This document shows positions 1-14,379 of a stretch of DNA of 64,000 nt, in pieces. This DNA comes from Callorhinchus milii (taxonomy: Eukaryota). Under the pieces are notes generated by a model. It was not told the origin of the DNA. It saw only the letters and a program-made list of their open reading frames with translations, and did no database searches. The stretch lies in contig NW_024704758.1 in assembly GCF_018977255.1 (NCBI RefSeq), positions 5,456,001-5,520,000 of the forward strand, written 5' to 3'. A program made the position numbers and the translations under genes. How positions within the stretch are numbered: the first letter of the stretch is position 1; the number at the start of each line of letters is the position of its first letter.

Positions 1-607
1 CTTCCAGTTTGTCTTGAAGCATACAAGAAAGATTCCAGCCCATCTGTAAAGAGCAGGGACTTTCTCCACAGAAGGGTTTAAATGCTCTGACTAACAATCT
101 ACTAGATTAAATGGTCATTCACCTTGTGTCTGTTTGTGTCCCATTGCTGGCACAAGCAGCTGCCGCGTTTGCCTGCAAAAAATGCCCCTACCCTTCAGCG
201 TGGTTAACTAATGAATCTCTGAAATGTTCCGACTTGATGAGAAGCTATAAAACTACAAGTTCTTTTTACTCATTGTAACTCTCAGTCGCACTGTAAAGTT
301 GCTCATCTAAAGTCATTTTATTCAGCTTAAGTCAGAGGGTTATTTTGGTTGGTTTATTTACCGATGGGGAGTCCTTCTTTCTTCATTGGCATCTTAATCT
401 GTTGCTAGATTACACAGCTCCTGCACCATTACACAGCAACAGATATCATCCACAGTGAACACTTCCATTCGATCTGCTATTGCGCGCTTTTTACTGTAAT
501 CATTCGTTGGTAAAAGGTACAGTGCACAATGGTATCTTTATCTGGTGAGTGATGCAGCTGTAAAGCATCCAGTAATGTTACTCAGAGTGCTTGATGGACT
601 GCTGCAG

Positions 608-724
608 GTATCGGAGACGGAGCGAGAGGACCTGGAGGAATCTGAAAAGGTTCAGCACTGGGTGGAGAGGCTGTGCCAGACTCGGTTAGAACAGATATCT
701 TCAGGAGAGAAAGAAAGTCCTGAG
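608..724 (+). CDS. USH1C: USH1C/harmonin isoform-b internal exon (second coiled-coil region), 117 nt, phase 0-0
   Basis: ctgcag|GTA...GAG|gtaacg. Encodes VSETEREDLEESEKVQHWVERLCQTRLEQISSGEKESPE, closely matching recalled human harmonin b VSETEREDLEESEKIQYWVERLCQTRLEQISS. Confidence 0.93.
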
Positions 725-1298
725 GTAACGAGAGTTGTGTAAAGTTACCGGGCAACCTTCAGTCATGTTGCCCCCATTCCCTGAATCTCTCTGCCTCACA
801 CCCTCCCTCTCTGCTTCTAACGCCCTTACCCTTTTGATTGCACCCACTATCCCACTCTGCTCTGCCTCCCATTCCATCTCTGTTGAGCACTCTTTGACGT
901 CTAACTATGTGAAAGGCACCGTATAAAGTCCAAGTTGTTATTGTTACTGTCCCTGTGTCAGGAATCTGTGAACTGAGAGTCAGGTGAGAGACAGGCCATT
1001 TGAACCAAATAGTCGGTGTTGATGTTTATATTCTACATAAACCCCGGCATATCCTAATCTTTAAATAGCTATAGTGTTAAATAGCTATCTTATGTACCTC
1101 CCCATGCTCCTATATTCCCTTCTTTTCACTGAGGAGCTCATTGATGAACAATAGTTTCTTCTCTGTATATTGGTCGGGACTGTGCTTGGGGCAAGCGAGG
1201 GATGAGGAGAATTAGAGTTCGCAGTTAATTGTTTGGAGCGGAGTTTCTGGTTGTAATGGTTGCTGTGCAATTAAGTTGGACCTCTTCTCCACTAACAG

Positions 1299-1763
1299 AC
1301 CCCGGTGCGTAGGTTTGCTGGTGGCCTCCAGCTGCACACCACGGACTTAGATGATATCAACTTAGACCAGATTGACCAGCCAAAGAGGATGGCCCCTCCT
1401 CCACCCTCTCCTCTGTCAGTGTCACCGCAGCCATCCAGGACACTCTCACCAACTGTCCAACCATTGCGGAGACTACCAGCCCCACCACCACCTTCGGCAC
1501 GGCATCTAACTCCAGCCCTGGCAGGCTCCAGGCTCCCACCTCCACCCCTTCCACCACCTGCTCCTCCACTCCCCACCTATCATAATGCCATAGCACACTC
1601 ACAAGGCACCATTCCAGAGGAGCATGAAAGCATCTCGAGCTATTACTCTCGGCCTGGCATGGAGCCCATCAACGAATGGGAGATACAGAATTACAGATCA
1701 AAAGCTGGGTACAGTGTTGTTATCTCCTCAAATGGTGACCATTCCTATCCAGCCAGCCCGAAG
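1299..1763 (+). CDS. USH1C: USH1C harmonin-b PST (Pro/Ser/Thr-rich) exon, 465 nt, phase 0-0
   Basis: ctaacag|ACC...AAG|gtattg. Encodes TPVRRFAGGLQLHTTDLDDI...DHSYPASPK (human RRFAGGLHLHTTDLDDI...EQSFPPTPK). An in-frame TAA at 1293 excludes an upstream extension. Confidence 0.9.
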
Positions 1764-3914
1764 GTATTGCCTCTGTGTTGCAAGGTGTGCTTTGCTGTGC
1801 TGTTACCCTCCACTTTACCCTTTTCTGACCTCTTACTCTCTCTGAGTGATCAATCCCAACCTGGACATATAGGATCATTCAAAAGGTCACTCAGGGACAG
1901 CTGGCTGATCCTAGAAACAAATCATACAATGCTCCAGCTATTGATATTCCCTCAATCAATTTCTTTGCCAGTTGGGTTGTTCCCAAGTGCATAACATTTT
2001 GAGAACTTTACAAAACTGCTGTGATACCTTGGAATCAGCCCCGATATGTCTCTGACTGGGAGATCCATTAGTGAATTCATTATCAAGGTGTTCTAAGTTT
2101 ATTGGAAGCCTGGCATGACTTGTGCTCTCTCTGGTGAAGTATCCAGCCACATTGGCACTCCTGCAATGTGTAACAACTCGTGTATTATCTCGGTCTTAAA
2201 CCTGCAGCTCAAACACTGCAGGGCACAGATACTGCACTCTTTCTGCTGTCTGCTTTGAATGGACAAAAATAGCCTTGAAAAGACGAGTTCGCCATCAAAT
2301 GAAGAGCAAGCTTAAAACAAAGCTGTTCATTTGTTGCCTGTGGAAAGATCTTATGCCCAGATCTGCCATGTGAGACTCAACAGAGGAAGGGAGAGGAGGC
2401 CATTCAGCCCATCAAAGCTGCCCCACCAGTTTATAAGATCTTGGCAGATCTTGTATTGGTCTTTCTTGGTGAAAAGCCAATGCCCTGCCCTTTTGACCCT
2501 TAACATCTCTACTACCCAAATACCTTTAGTCTGTTCAGGTGTGTGCTTTACTGTTATATGCATGTTTCAGTCTGCTTGTGTGTGTGTATAATGTATTGAG
2601 ATGATCAGGACGTCAAAGATTGCACTCAGCAAGTAAGAGTAATTAAGCCTGCTTTAATAGAGTTCATTAATTTAATATTAAGGCTATTTAATGAGGTTTA
2701 CCCCTAGGCACACGTGCCCTTTTCTCCTTTTAAGCAAAGAAAAACCTGGAAACAGCATGTTCTTGGCTTTCATATCTGCACGTGTTTAGTGTAGCTTTAC
2801 ATTTGTTTGATGGCTCATTTGGTTAACTAACAATAATTGGGAGCTGATTTATTTGCCTCAGGTTAGAAGGAACACATCTCATGCCAGCAGAATCTCTTCT
2901 GTATCCATCAATCCGTTGGTACGTGACAGTGTAATGGTTCATCCGTACGTGCGTGCGTTTTTGCCTGCGTATTGTGGAATAGCATTTAAGGTTTTTTTTA
3001 AGTTAGCTTTTAGTGTGTTTGACCCATTGCCAGACATACGAATATCCAAACCGAACAGAGAGTTCCATGGGTCCTGCCGGTTCATGGAAATTCCATTCTG
3101 TACCTAAGAGTGTATGGTATACACCAGGCAAATATCAGCACTGGGACTCATCTATCACCAGAGGCTCATGCCTTTGGAGTTTGAGAAGAACACAGTTTGA
3201 TTGAATGAGCTCATCACCCAACAGAAGCCCTGAAATTCTACCTCTTCTTAGCCATTGAGATCATTTTGTCTTTAAATTTAAAATGAGGCAGAAAATGCTT
3301 ACATGCAGCCTTAAGTTGAGTCTCAAATTAAGACTGAATTTAAGACTTTCCTGCAATTCTGCACCATATTAAATTTTAAGACTGAACGGTTTTACTGGTT
3401 AAGATTAGGTGGAATTTTGTGCAAGTTTGTTGGGTATCTCTCACAAGTGTCTACTCTTTGGTTGTTCTGAGGTAGAAATTATTGTTTAATACATTTCTTA
3501 TTATCTTGGGTGAGGTGCTACAGGTGTATCAGTTATATTCGAGAATAGTTAGGCACAGAGCAGAACCAGGCTGTCACTTATTCACATCAGTACAAATCAC
3601 TATCCTTGAACTTGCCATTGGAAAGCTCCTACTGCTGGAATTGTATAACTGAGCATGTGTGCAATCATGGGCACGGATGCCCAGCTCATTTTGGGGGAGG
3701 AGGGAAGTCTTGATAAACATGCCATGCATGTGTTTATTTGAGGAGCGGCGTGCTGGATGTGTGTGTTCGTTTTAGATCTAGTTGAACTTGACTGGTATCC
3801 AATTTAGTGGAAGGGGTAAATCTCACCTTGTCCAATGTTTGTAACCTTTATGTGTTCATTCTGCTTTCCCACTTTGCCTCTTCTTTTTATCATGTGCTGC
3901 ACGCCTACCCACAG

Positions 3915-4034
3915 CAACTTGCGCCAAGCCCACCATCACAGAGACGGCCAGTGGGGCCTCTGGCTTCCAAGCCAGTTATGTTGCCCCCCAGTCCTAAGAT
4001 TCAGCACAGGTCAAGAATCAAATCCGAGCAGCTG
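3915..4034 (+). CDS. USH1C: USH1C harmonin-b exon, 120 nt, phase 0-0
   Basis: cccacag|CAA...CTG|gtaagt. Encodes QLAPSPPSQRRPVGPLASKPVMLPPSPKIQHRSRIKSEQL (human ...PSPQPP...SKPVMV...AVKSEVL). Confidence 0.88.
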
Positions 4035-7000
4035 GTAAGTGTTCTCTCATTCTGCACTCTGCTGGCGTTGGACTATTTGCTTCTTGTTATTCCTTTACTA
4101 ATAGCCCCCTGCAGTCCGGCATCTAATGCTGCATTTTTGAAGCGGTTTGAAAAATACTCATTAGCTCAGTGTGACTATGAATTAGTTAAGAGGTTCAGAT
4201 GCTAAAGTGCTGCAATCAAGCCTACTTCCTTCTTTACCAACTTTTTTAGTTAAAAATCACAGGCGCTGTAGGATTTTTGGGGTCAACCGGGTGTCTGACG
4301 CGTGCGGAAATTCATTACCATACTTAAGAGTATCTGAACCAAACCGAGATATGAGGTATGAGTAATCTGAGGCACCAGTGTTACTCAGAGTAATTCAGTT
4401 TCTGGAGAAGTCCTCAAACCAGAGCTTGTGGCTTAGCCTCTCCTGAACCTCTTGCGTCAGGGTTGCAACCCACTGACAGCCCTGTGTGGGACCTCATGTG
4501 GAATCTACCATAAAATATTTGTGGAAGGAATCAGGCTGGGATTGAAGAATGGAGATAGAATAATATTTTCCATTTCCCAATCTCTCCGACTTGCTCCGTC
4601 CCTCACCTCACTCAAGGTCCATCTCAAGAAGCACCTCTTTGACTGAGCCTTCAATAATCTTTCCCCTCCCCACCCGCTTTGGCTTCCACCCCCAGCTCAG
4701 GTGCCCAGCCAGCAGTGTTCAATGCTTTGAGATATCCTTCTGAAAGGAACAGTGCTATGCAGAATTAAATTGTATTTTGTTGTATTTTTGCTTGATTTTT
4801 GGAGTTAAGCAAGTGTTTATGAGTAAACATTACCTGAAGTGAGGATGAGCAAAATCTGTGATAGGTAGGACTTTGTAGGGTCACTGTCCTTTCTAGGTCT
4901 ATACTTTAGCCTCGGGTCTTGTGCCTGCATTATAATCTTTTCACTCCTGTTACTGGATTGGCGTCACACTTATCCTGCATTGTACTAGGAGAACAATCAA
5001 TGTAAAATATAAAGAACAGCAAACTGTATGTATAACATAGCAATATTTCAAATTCACTTCCCGATAACATACAACCTCACTGTCCCTACTCATTCCTGTG
5101 AGCGTTGATCCCAGTAGAACTGCTCAATCAAATTAGTGTCTTGTAACTTATTGAATACCGTCTGCTGTTACATATTGATCACATTTTCAGCTGAGATGGC
5201 AGTGAGGCCACATATTTGATTCTATTTATCTCTGCTTTATACAGTACATTGCTTAAGACCAAGCAAAAGGACAGCATTTAGTATAATATCATTTCCTTTA
5301 CAATTATTATTGTTCCTAATTACACTTACATATATGTATATATATATATGATAAATGCTTGGATTACTTTTTTAAGAACTGAGAATAACTTTGAATTCAC
5401 TCTCAGACAGATGATCTTGCAACAAAGGCCCACAATAAGTTGAAAGCACTCTGAATGTCACCAATCATCATAACTACTGGGTTGTCCTGTCAGATCCTCA
5501 TTGTACTACACACAGATACAGCCCACTTTGCACTTTTCAACCGTGCTTCATAATTCATTGTTGTTCTTTCCAGTTGTTGTACCTCTTATCACTGGGCTAA
5601 CAATTTTATGGATTTATAAAATAGCTTCCCATGATTAAGACTCCTTAATCCAGTTTAAAATCATATAGGATTTAGTGATGATTCTTGCTGGCTGTGGGTT
5701 TGTCCAGGTTGTGAAGTAATGTAAAGTAAAATCAAATTTGCTGACAATCATGAACCTTTAATCGCACGAATCTTAAAGAGATTGTGGAATGAATAGATGC
5801 TGTTTGGTCCATTAAGACTTCTTATATTATTTCTCCACAGTTCCTGCATGATAATCTTAATGTCATCCTTACCCCCACTCCCACCTATTGATTTGCAAGA
5901 TTCAAGGTTGTTAGACTGCTATCCTGACTTCCATGGTAATCAAGCCAAAGGTGCAACTATTCTTGTTAGCCTCAATCCCTTCTGTCAGCAAATCCTGATT
6001 TAGGCCCTTTTCAAAGGACTTAACTACTGTATATCATCTAGGAAAGCTATTTCAAACATCTACACTTTAACAGCCCCCTCTCCAGTCTCGATCCAATTTT
6101 AAGCAGTTTTCTTGATGACCTGCAGACTTTCATTCTGCATACAAATCAAGTCTCCTGCTGACATCCTCCTATTTATAACAGCATAGCTTTTAACAGGTTC
6201 TTGTCAATCTCTTACATAAAGAGGTACTTTGCATTGGATTTGCAGTACGTAATATGTGTGGAATTCATTGCCTGTGCCTTATCTGAACTCTATTGTTGGT
6301 CCTAAATGATGATAATCACTCTTTAGAAAGATTAACCTAAAGTATTCAGTGTTGAAACCTTTAAGCTTTCGTTTCTTCTGGTGAACCACAGGAAAGCATT
6401 TTGTTTTGGGGCAGCTGTGGATCTGTCACATGCAGACACCCATTACTATGGGACTGAGAGATCCACATACGTGTGCCACTTACTCATAGAAATTTCCCTA
6501 CGTCTGGAATGGAATGTACACTCTCACTGGAGGGACGCATCCTGTTTACCTCATTCCAGAGAGTATTAGGTGCAGGTTGGTTTAAAAAGCCAAGGATTGG
6601 GGAACCCAAAGTGTGCATTGGCAACTGCTGGAGTTTAACCAGCTAAAACTATATAGCTAGTCATTGAGAGCACTGTCTGACAAGCTTTGCATTGCTTGCC
6701 TAGCTGGGACCAGCCTATCCATTAGGGATTTGGCTTGCAAGGTTTACAGGAACTCTGAGACTCCACCCTGTGTGGAGGGTGTTATATAAGTGCAAGTTGT
6801 TGCTGTTGTTCCGCTAAGAGGGAAGAATCTCTACTCCCAGTGGCTGGTATAACTCTCCAGGTAATACAGAAATGGCCAATTTACTGGAGGTAGCAGATGG
6901 TGCCTGTGTAAGTGAACCCAGCATGACTCAGTATGTTCAGCAGAGGAGGGTATGAACTGCAAAGCAAAGGAAGCACAATGGCATTTCTCATCTCTGATGA

Positions 7001-8772
7001 ACCAGAGCTACCAGTCAAGGCCACGAGATGACTCATTTGAAGTGCTGATTTATTTATTATACGCTGACAAGACCCCTAAGTGTGATTCTTGATAATGCCA
7101 TACAACTACGGATGGGAATTAAATGCTAGAATTAATGTCCTTATCTCGCTCACTAAACAACATATTACAGTGAATTACATAGGGAATAACAAAAAGCTTT
7201 TGTTGCACTTGCTCAGTGAGGCAGGAGGATGGATCTTTCTTTTCTTGCTTCCTGCACACCCAGGGAGCTCTTATTAGTGAACACAGCCGTGCACAGTGGG
7301 AAGAATATATCTGATTAACTCTGCTTCACAATGTAAGCTCTGAGAAGGATGACGCAGCAGGCTGGGGAGATTATTGTCTTAAAAAAGAGCTTGGAATATT
7401 ATAATGTCACATTTACCCAGAATTACGTATAAATAACATAGAGCGAAACAGGCAATTTGGCCCAACTGTCCATGATGGAGTTTATACGCCACAGAATCCA
7501 CCCCTCCTAATCCCTTCTTCTACACCCCTCTATTCCCCTTCTCATGGATGCATCAAGTTTCCTTTTAAATACATTGATGCTTTTTACTTCTGGCAGTGAG
7601 GTTTGGTCACTTGGAAACATTTCCACTATGCCCAATGGAAATGGTGTCAGCAACTTGACCGGCATAAGCTGAGCAAAGTTTGCACAGTAACATTCAACTG
7701 AATGGAAATGACTCTTGAATCCTTAAAGAGGGTCAAATGGAAGAAGTAATTGTTTTTCAATGCTGCAACAATACTTGTTTGTGATATAACATGTCACTGG
7801 TCTGAGTGCATTTCAAACAGCAATTGCTGTTGAATAATAATAATCCTTGAATTTGATATAGCGCCTTATCACATCGTTGAGACATCTCAAAGCGCTTTTC
7901 GGAATACATTGTGTAGTACATGTTTATTTTGTGGGCAAAGCACGGCAGCCAATGGCACACATAAAGATTGCTGATTTCTAATTTTGTCCACAGCAAAGCC
8001 CGCAAGGAACTCAAAAATTAGTAGCTTCACAATTCTGAGTGTTATTGAAGGGAAAGTAAAGAGTCAGCAGGGATTTAGGGAGAGGGAGATAGCAGTGAGA
8101 AGATTACCCATGAAGGATCGGAGAAGTAGATATTAGAAGTTAATAGGAGTTTCTAAGGTAACTGTGTGCACAGCGGGATAGCGTGCAGCCAGAAATTAGT
8201 AGCAGAAAAAGGAATCAGTTGTTATGTCCTGTTGACCTGCCCTTTAAGCTGATGGGATAGAGTTATACTGGCACCCTGCAAATAACAGTGTCAAGTGCAA
8301 TTCAACACGTTCAATGTGACTTACAAAAAGGATGCCACGAGACCCAGTGACTGATAATCAATCTGACAGCTTGCATAGTGTGAGCTGATGTTTCACGTGG
8401 TCCGATATCTGTTCCAGGCTGCAACTGAATTTGAGCTCATAGCTAAAGTTAAACTCCAGTAGCATCCCAACACACATTGTGTGGTACTGAAGTCTTGGCT
8501 ATCACCAAACTTAGCCTATATTTTCTAAGCTTGGGTGAGCAGGGGGGAAAGAGTGGTGGAACTCTCAGCAGTTTGGTTTGGAGACTCTTTAAGTACAGTA
8601 ATGGGTTCCATATCCAGCAGATTTACAGGCAGTACAAAGCAGTGAGAACAATTATTGCCGCATAGAGTGGAGATTGATTGAATAGCCGATGTGACGATTG
8701 GCTGGATGGAGGCTTTGCTCCACAAGTTCTGAGAATCAGGGACAGTGGGCAGAAATGTGTGAATTTGTGTTT

Positions 8773-9180
8773 CAGCCTGGCTCAGTTGGTTGCTCTGTCA
8801 GAAGGTTATGGGTTCAAGTCGCACATCGGGACTTCAAACTCAGTCTAGGCTGACACTCCAGTGCAGTGCTGGGGATGTGCTGTATTGTCAGATTCACCAT
8901 CCTTTGGATGAGATGTTTAATTGAGATCCTGGCAGCCTGTGCAGGTGGTCGTTAAAAATGCCATGACACAATTTCGAAAAGAGAAGGGATTTTCTCCTGG
9001 TGTCCTGGTCAACAATCCCCCAGTAAAATTGGCCATTCACCTCATGGCTGTTTATGTGACATTGCTGTGTGCAGATTGGATGCATTCACCTATAAACACG
9101 CAGTCACTGCACTTTGCAGTGTATCCTGTGAAGTGTTTTGATGTGAAATGCACTATATCAAATGCAAGGATTATTATTAT
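8773..9180 (+). mobile_element. Older Deu-domain SINE (SacSINE/AmnSINE-like architecture), near full length
   Basis: gcctggctcagttggt...gggttcaagtc head, ctaggctgacactccagtgcagtgctg, cctggtgtcctggtcaacaat, Deu core and tail. Related copies at ~15030-15445 (+), 44937-45370 (+), 13270-13585 (-), 30800-31100 (-) and 31885-32130 (+). Confidence 0.8.
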
Positions 9181-12100
9181 CTATGAAAGTCGTCCTGTGA
9201 AACTATCAAGGCTGAGAAACTATTGAACTTCCTGCAATGACTTATTGAAGTATCGGATGAAGTGTGGTTACTAAGTGTATTTCACCTACAAAGTACACAT
9301 TACAGGAACACTGTGAAGCATTTTGAGACATCTCGACGACGTGATGAGGCGATATTTCAAAGGCAGAGATTATTGCAAATCCTTGGGAAGTGCATTGGAT
9401 TCCTACCAGCACTGTACTCTGTTTGGAAGGGAGAGATGTCACGATCACTGTTTGCAATGATATGGCTGATCACAGTTACTGCCTCTGAGTTTCCAATCTG
9501 CAGCGTGCTGTTTTTATTAGGTCAGATGCCAGGTTCCCACAGTGAATTAATAACTGCACTGAAGTTCATCTCTCACTCTGCACTTGCACGCTCTCACATT
9601 GTAGCTGTAAAGCACACATCCATTTTTGAACAATGTATTTTTTTAAAAGTCTGGCATTTCAAATGGCATCTATACACCACTATGCTTCAGTACATCTATA
9701 TGTTTATACTTTTATACATCTATGTGCCTTTGTCCTGGCCAACAATCCCCAGGATAAAATTGGTCATTCTCTTCATGGCTCTTTGTGGGACTTGCAGTGT
9801 GCAAATTGACTGCCGTGTTCACCTACAAAATATAAGGTCACTACATTTTACAGTAAATTCTGGAGCGCTTTAAGACATCTCAATTACATAAGATGCTATG
9901 ACAAATGAGTCATTATCTGTAAACACTGATGTCATTGCAATGTCAAGGCGTCCATGGTACATCACTCGCCCCAGGTGGTCTCCAGAAGCCTGGTGGCTGT
10001 GTGGACTGCCTGCCCCTCTATTATTTGCAGAGTTCAGGACTGTAGAAGCACCTGGCCAAAGTGATTCAGGTCCATAAAGGGGATAAACAGCTGCTTGGAG
10101 CATCGGTCCTTCCATGGAAATGCTTACAATGTTAAGAAGTCGATATATCGATCGACTTAAAAGAGCTGCTGTGAATCAATATGATTTTAACAGTAGTTTG
10201 GGTCAGTCAAAGACTGAACACAAAAAGCATGATAAACCATTGATTTCAACTCTTAACTTCTCTGTGTCTATTTATTTGACCACAGCTCTAAACTCATCTG
10301 TTGAAATTACAGCTTGCATTAAGTTGAATGGTTTGAATCCTTCAGTTAACTCTTAATGCTTTTAAAACACACCATCATCATAATGGATGGCATCCTCATA
10401 TATACTCTGCCCACCATCCATCACAAATTTAACCCAAGCAGTTTGGAGTGAAGTAAGAAAATGTTAATAATGAGAACAGCCTGCCACTACCCTGAATAAG
10501 AGAGTAGAACACAACTTTTTCTTATGTAATGCCTTTCACATACAATGACCATCACAACTGTTAGGTAAATTTGTTTCAAGGCTGTTTGAAGGATATTGCT
10601 GTATGCAAATCGGCTGCCACTTTTGCTGATAAATATACAGTCACTACACTTCACTGGGAGTGTTGTGAAGCACTATGAGATGTCTCTTTGGACGTGATAA
10701 GACACTACATGATAAGCAAGTATTATTAATGGAAGGGAGAATTCAAAGGCAAGGTCAGAAAGCTACATATTTATGAGGCATTTGAAGACAGGGAGAAGGG
10801 AGTATCTCCAGGTGCCCTTGCTAAAACTCCTCTAGCTAAATTGGTCATTCACCTCCTGCTGTTTTCGAATATTGCTGTGTGGAAATTGGCCACCGAACCC
10901 ATATGCAAATAAAAATTACAGTATGCAGAGTGTCGTGACACTTCACAGAGAATGGGAGCCTCAGTGTGATAAGGTACTATATCAAATGCAAAGATTATTA
11001 TTTATTCATGTGGTCTATGCATGTATTTCCCAGCTGGGAGAAAAATTGGTCTTAAATGCGAAATCTATTTAAAAATGAACACTTCCCATGTTTTGAGATA
11101 AGTTATATTTATGAATATCGACCATTTCTTACATTATATAATCTTTGTACATGCATTATTCATATACTCTTGTCAGCGCTATACTTGCTGATTCTGCTGT
11201 ACACAAAATATGTATTGTTCCAAAGTTCACGATAAGCCTCTTTCTTAAAAAAAATCCTGTCATCTAACCAGTCAATATGCCAGGCTACCACTTAAGATGA
11301 GCTAAAAAAGCAGTATCCTGTTGGGAAATTGAAGTGACAAAAGTTCTGACCTTTTCAAAGCCTCGTTGGTTCTGAACATGCACGTCAGCAGGTGGCTTTT
11401 CAACAGAAATGGGGGAAAATTAAAGTGGAATTTCTGCAAGAGAGGGTCAGAAAGTGCTGGCCTTCTGCTCTGTTAAAAGGTAAAGTAATCAACAGTAGTC
11501 ATCTGGAATGAAGGAGTATGTGGTTGTTTCCCATTTAATGTCATCTATTAAAATGAGAGTGATTCGTTCTACAGAGCAATAATCTGATGTGCACGGAAAG
11601 TGTTTGGCAATGGGCTTTGAAATGGATGGTGCGAGGTGAGCATGTTTATCTGTAGTTCTATCCCAGGCTCCAGACAGAATGAAACCAACGCTCACTCCTT
11701 CTAACCCCCAGCTGGTGAAAGGTATTGGATTAGATCCTTGTGACCTTGCACAGCTGGAATCAGAGAACGCTCGGAAATAATATAATTTCCATTGTGACTT
11801 TTGCACTAGTTCAAGCAAGTATCACAGGGTCTGAACCTGAGCTGACAGCGTCCAGTCCTACTTCTGAATTACAGAGAATGATACACTACCTAAACATGCT
11901 ATTCAGCCCAATTAGTCTATGCTGGCATTTATAGTCCACTCCTCCTTTCCCAATTAACTTTGCCAGATGTCGCCCTAATTTTTCACATAAATCTGTTGCG
12001 TTAAAGTTCCCACAATTTTAATCAATGTGTTTGGAAGTCTGTGAGCTCCCTACAGTGTTCTGTGCAGCTACAGCAATAGGATTTAACCAGCTTTATGTTA

Positions 12101-14379
12101 ATGCGGATTTACAATTCCTAATGGTGAAGATTACTGCAGTTGGATGTTCTCCAACTGCTCTCGTGCTGTGGATTGAATCCCTTTCACATTTGGGTTTTCT
12201 GACTTTGGCTGTATTCAAACACAGCAACCCTCTGATTTTGGGATTTTGGGATTGTCCTGGCCAACAATCCCCCAGATAAAATTGATGACTCACTTCACGA
12301 CTGTTTGTGGGACGTTGCTGTGGCCCAAGTTGGCTGCTGCGTTCGCCTATGAAGTACAGTCACTACAATTTGCAGTAAATCCTCTGTCTTTTGAGATGTC
12401 CTCCTGATGTGTAAGGTGTCATATCAAATGCAAGGAATATTATTATATTTTAAATGTGTGAATCCACACCTTCCCATTCTGTGACACTTTGTGTACAGTC
12501 ATAGGAAGGAGGCCATTCAGCCCATAAGCAGCTCATAACGCTTGCAGTGGAGCCAGATCCTCTATTCTCAATTCCCTGCACTTTCCCCGAACCCTTTTGC
12601 AGGGCGCTGGGGTGCTCCAGTAAAGCTGTGCCACAAAGCAGCACCTACTGAAATTGGTTGCAGTACAAAGGCTGCAAGGAGAGCATTCAGGCGTGGGCTT
12701 GAAATTCAATGGCAGTGAAACCTGAACAGAGGCATCTTATCTGCCTGTCCATGGATTCCAGCATGAATAGGATGTCCTATCTCCATGTCCAGAGGGACAA
12801 AGCTTTGCTTAGGAGCATCCATGCGTGTAACAGGAATGACAGCACTATTGTTGGGACTTGGTGCAGTTTTTTATTAATATAAGGAGTTGCTGTTTATAAA
12901 TAGTGCAGGTCTCTCAGAGTCCACATTGTTTGTGTTACGGTTGCACTTTGGTGAATTTGGGAATTTTCCCCAGTAGGAGGTTTTCAGATTCTCTTGACCC
13001 CCAGCGAGTCTTCACTTTAATTCTGTTCGCTTTTATCTCACTGTTACACTTAAATAACAAGGCAAGTCACATCCCTGAGGGAAAGCGAAGCTGTATTTCT
13101 GTTGAGGCACTTTGTTAAGAAATACACTTATTTTTTCATTACGGAAAAAAGCTCACAAAACATGACAATTTTGTTATATTGGCAGCGCCTTACTGAGGGA
13201 GTTATTAACAGGATTCAGCTGCACAAATAATAATCTTTATATTTGATTCAGTCCCCAAAATGCCTAAATATCTTTGAAGCACTTCACAGCGGGTTTTGTT
13301 CTGTAAAGTGTAGCGACTGTTTTTTATAGGTGGATGCAGCTGATTTGAGCACAGCAATGAATTGAATCATCATTTTTTATCTGAGAGATTTGTTGACTTG
13401 GGAGAAACCCCTTTCTCTTTCCTAATAACATTATTAAATTACTAATAAGAGCTTTAATCTCCATCTGAATAGGCAGACAGGTGCCTCAAGTTAGTCACAT
13501 CCGAATGACTTCACCTCTGACAATGCAGTGCTCCCCCAGCTCTGCACTGGAGTGTCAGTCTAGACTGTAAGCTCAAGGTTCCAACACAGTACGGTAAAAC
13601 CAAATGATTGTTCTGAACGGTGGTTCCCTTGGATTGTGTTTGCAGAAAAGGCAGCATGAGCAATTTGCAGCAATCGCTAATGAATGAGTCAACTGCTCCC
13701 ATTTATCGGATCTCTTTAGTTGAGTATGGAAGAAAGCTTTCAACATTGATTTGAATCTCTGTCTTGCCTCTACGACTAACCCCATACATAAAGTGCGCCA
13801 CTTGGCCGGTGAAATAATTTCACTGAATCTTTCACACCCGAGGCAGGTTCTGTCAATGTACAAACATGATGCCTCTGATTTAGTAAACTTTTGGGGGTGA
13901 AATGTATCATCAGTTGTCATTGCTCCACATGTTGTCATTGCTGCAGTAAATCGCTTGTTCTATTAGGTCTGCAGTCAATTGGAATTTGTTATTTAAAAGG
14001 CTTGAAACTGTTTGTAACAGGCAGAGAATCTCAGAAGCTGTGTTGAAAGTGGATTAACTGTACACTGGCTGCACTGGCAGTTATAGATCTCATACTGTGC
14101 AACACACAAGTTGCTTTTATTAACTACTAATAATTAAATAATTATAATGAACTACTAACAATTGAATAATAATTTCAAAAACAGCAAGTGGCAAATTTTC
14201 AGATCTTTGCAATTGGGAAATTGGGAAAAGCAATGAATTCCGGGGAGAGGTCGGGCATTTTGCCTCTTTATGTTTAAGGTCGGAGAAGCTTTCGGCCCCA
14301 ACCTTCTCGGATTCTGTGACTAAACTACATATATCGAAACCGGTCGATGTAAAGCATTACCATGTTCCTCCCTTCACAG

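Noticed and set aside
962-983. Possible microexon (tgtcag|GAATCTGTGAACTGAGAGTCAG|gtgaga) between the first two USH1C exons
   Set aside because: 22 nt, frameshifting, with an in-frame TGA and no homology support.
1764-1994. Extension of the 229-aa ORF beyond the PST exon
   Set aside because: Homology to harmonin stops at the AAG|gtattg donor; the remainder is intron read-through.
9262-9873. 203-aa ORF in a USH1C intron
   Set aside because: Starts and ends in SINE remnants, has a GTG start, no recognisable domain and no supporting splice structure.
11151-11760. POU4F-like ATGCATTATTCAT (11151) and CAGCTG E-boxes (~11709, ~11752) as a hair-cell enhancer
   Set aside because: Short motifs spread over 600 bp are expected by chance in 64 kb and cannot be supported without conservation or chromatin data.
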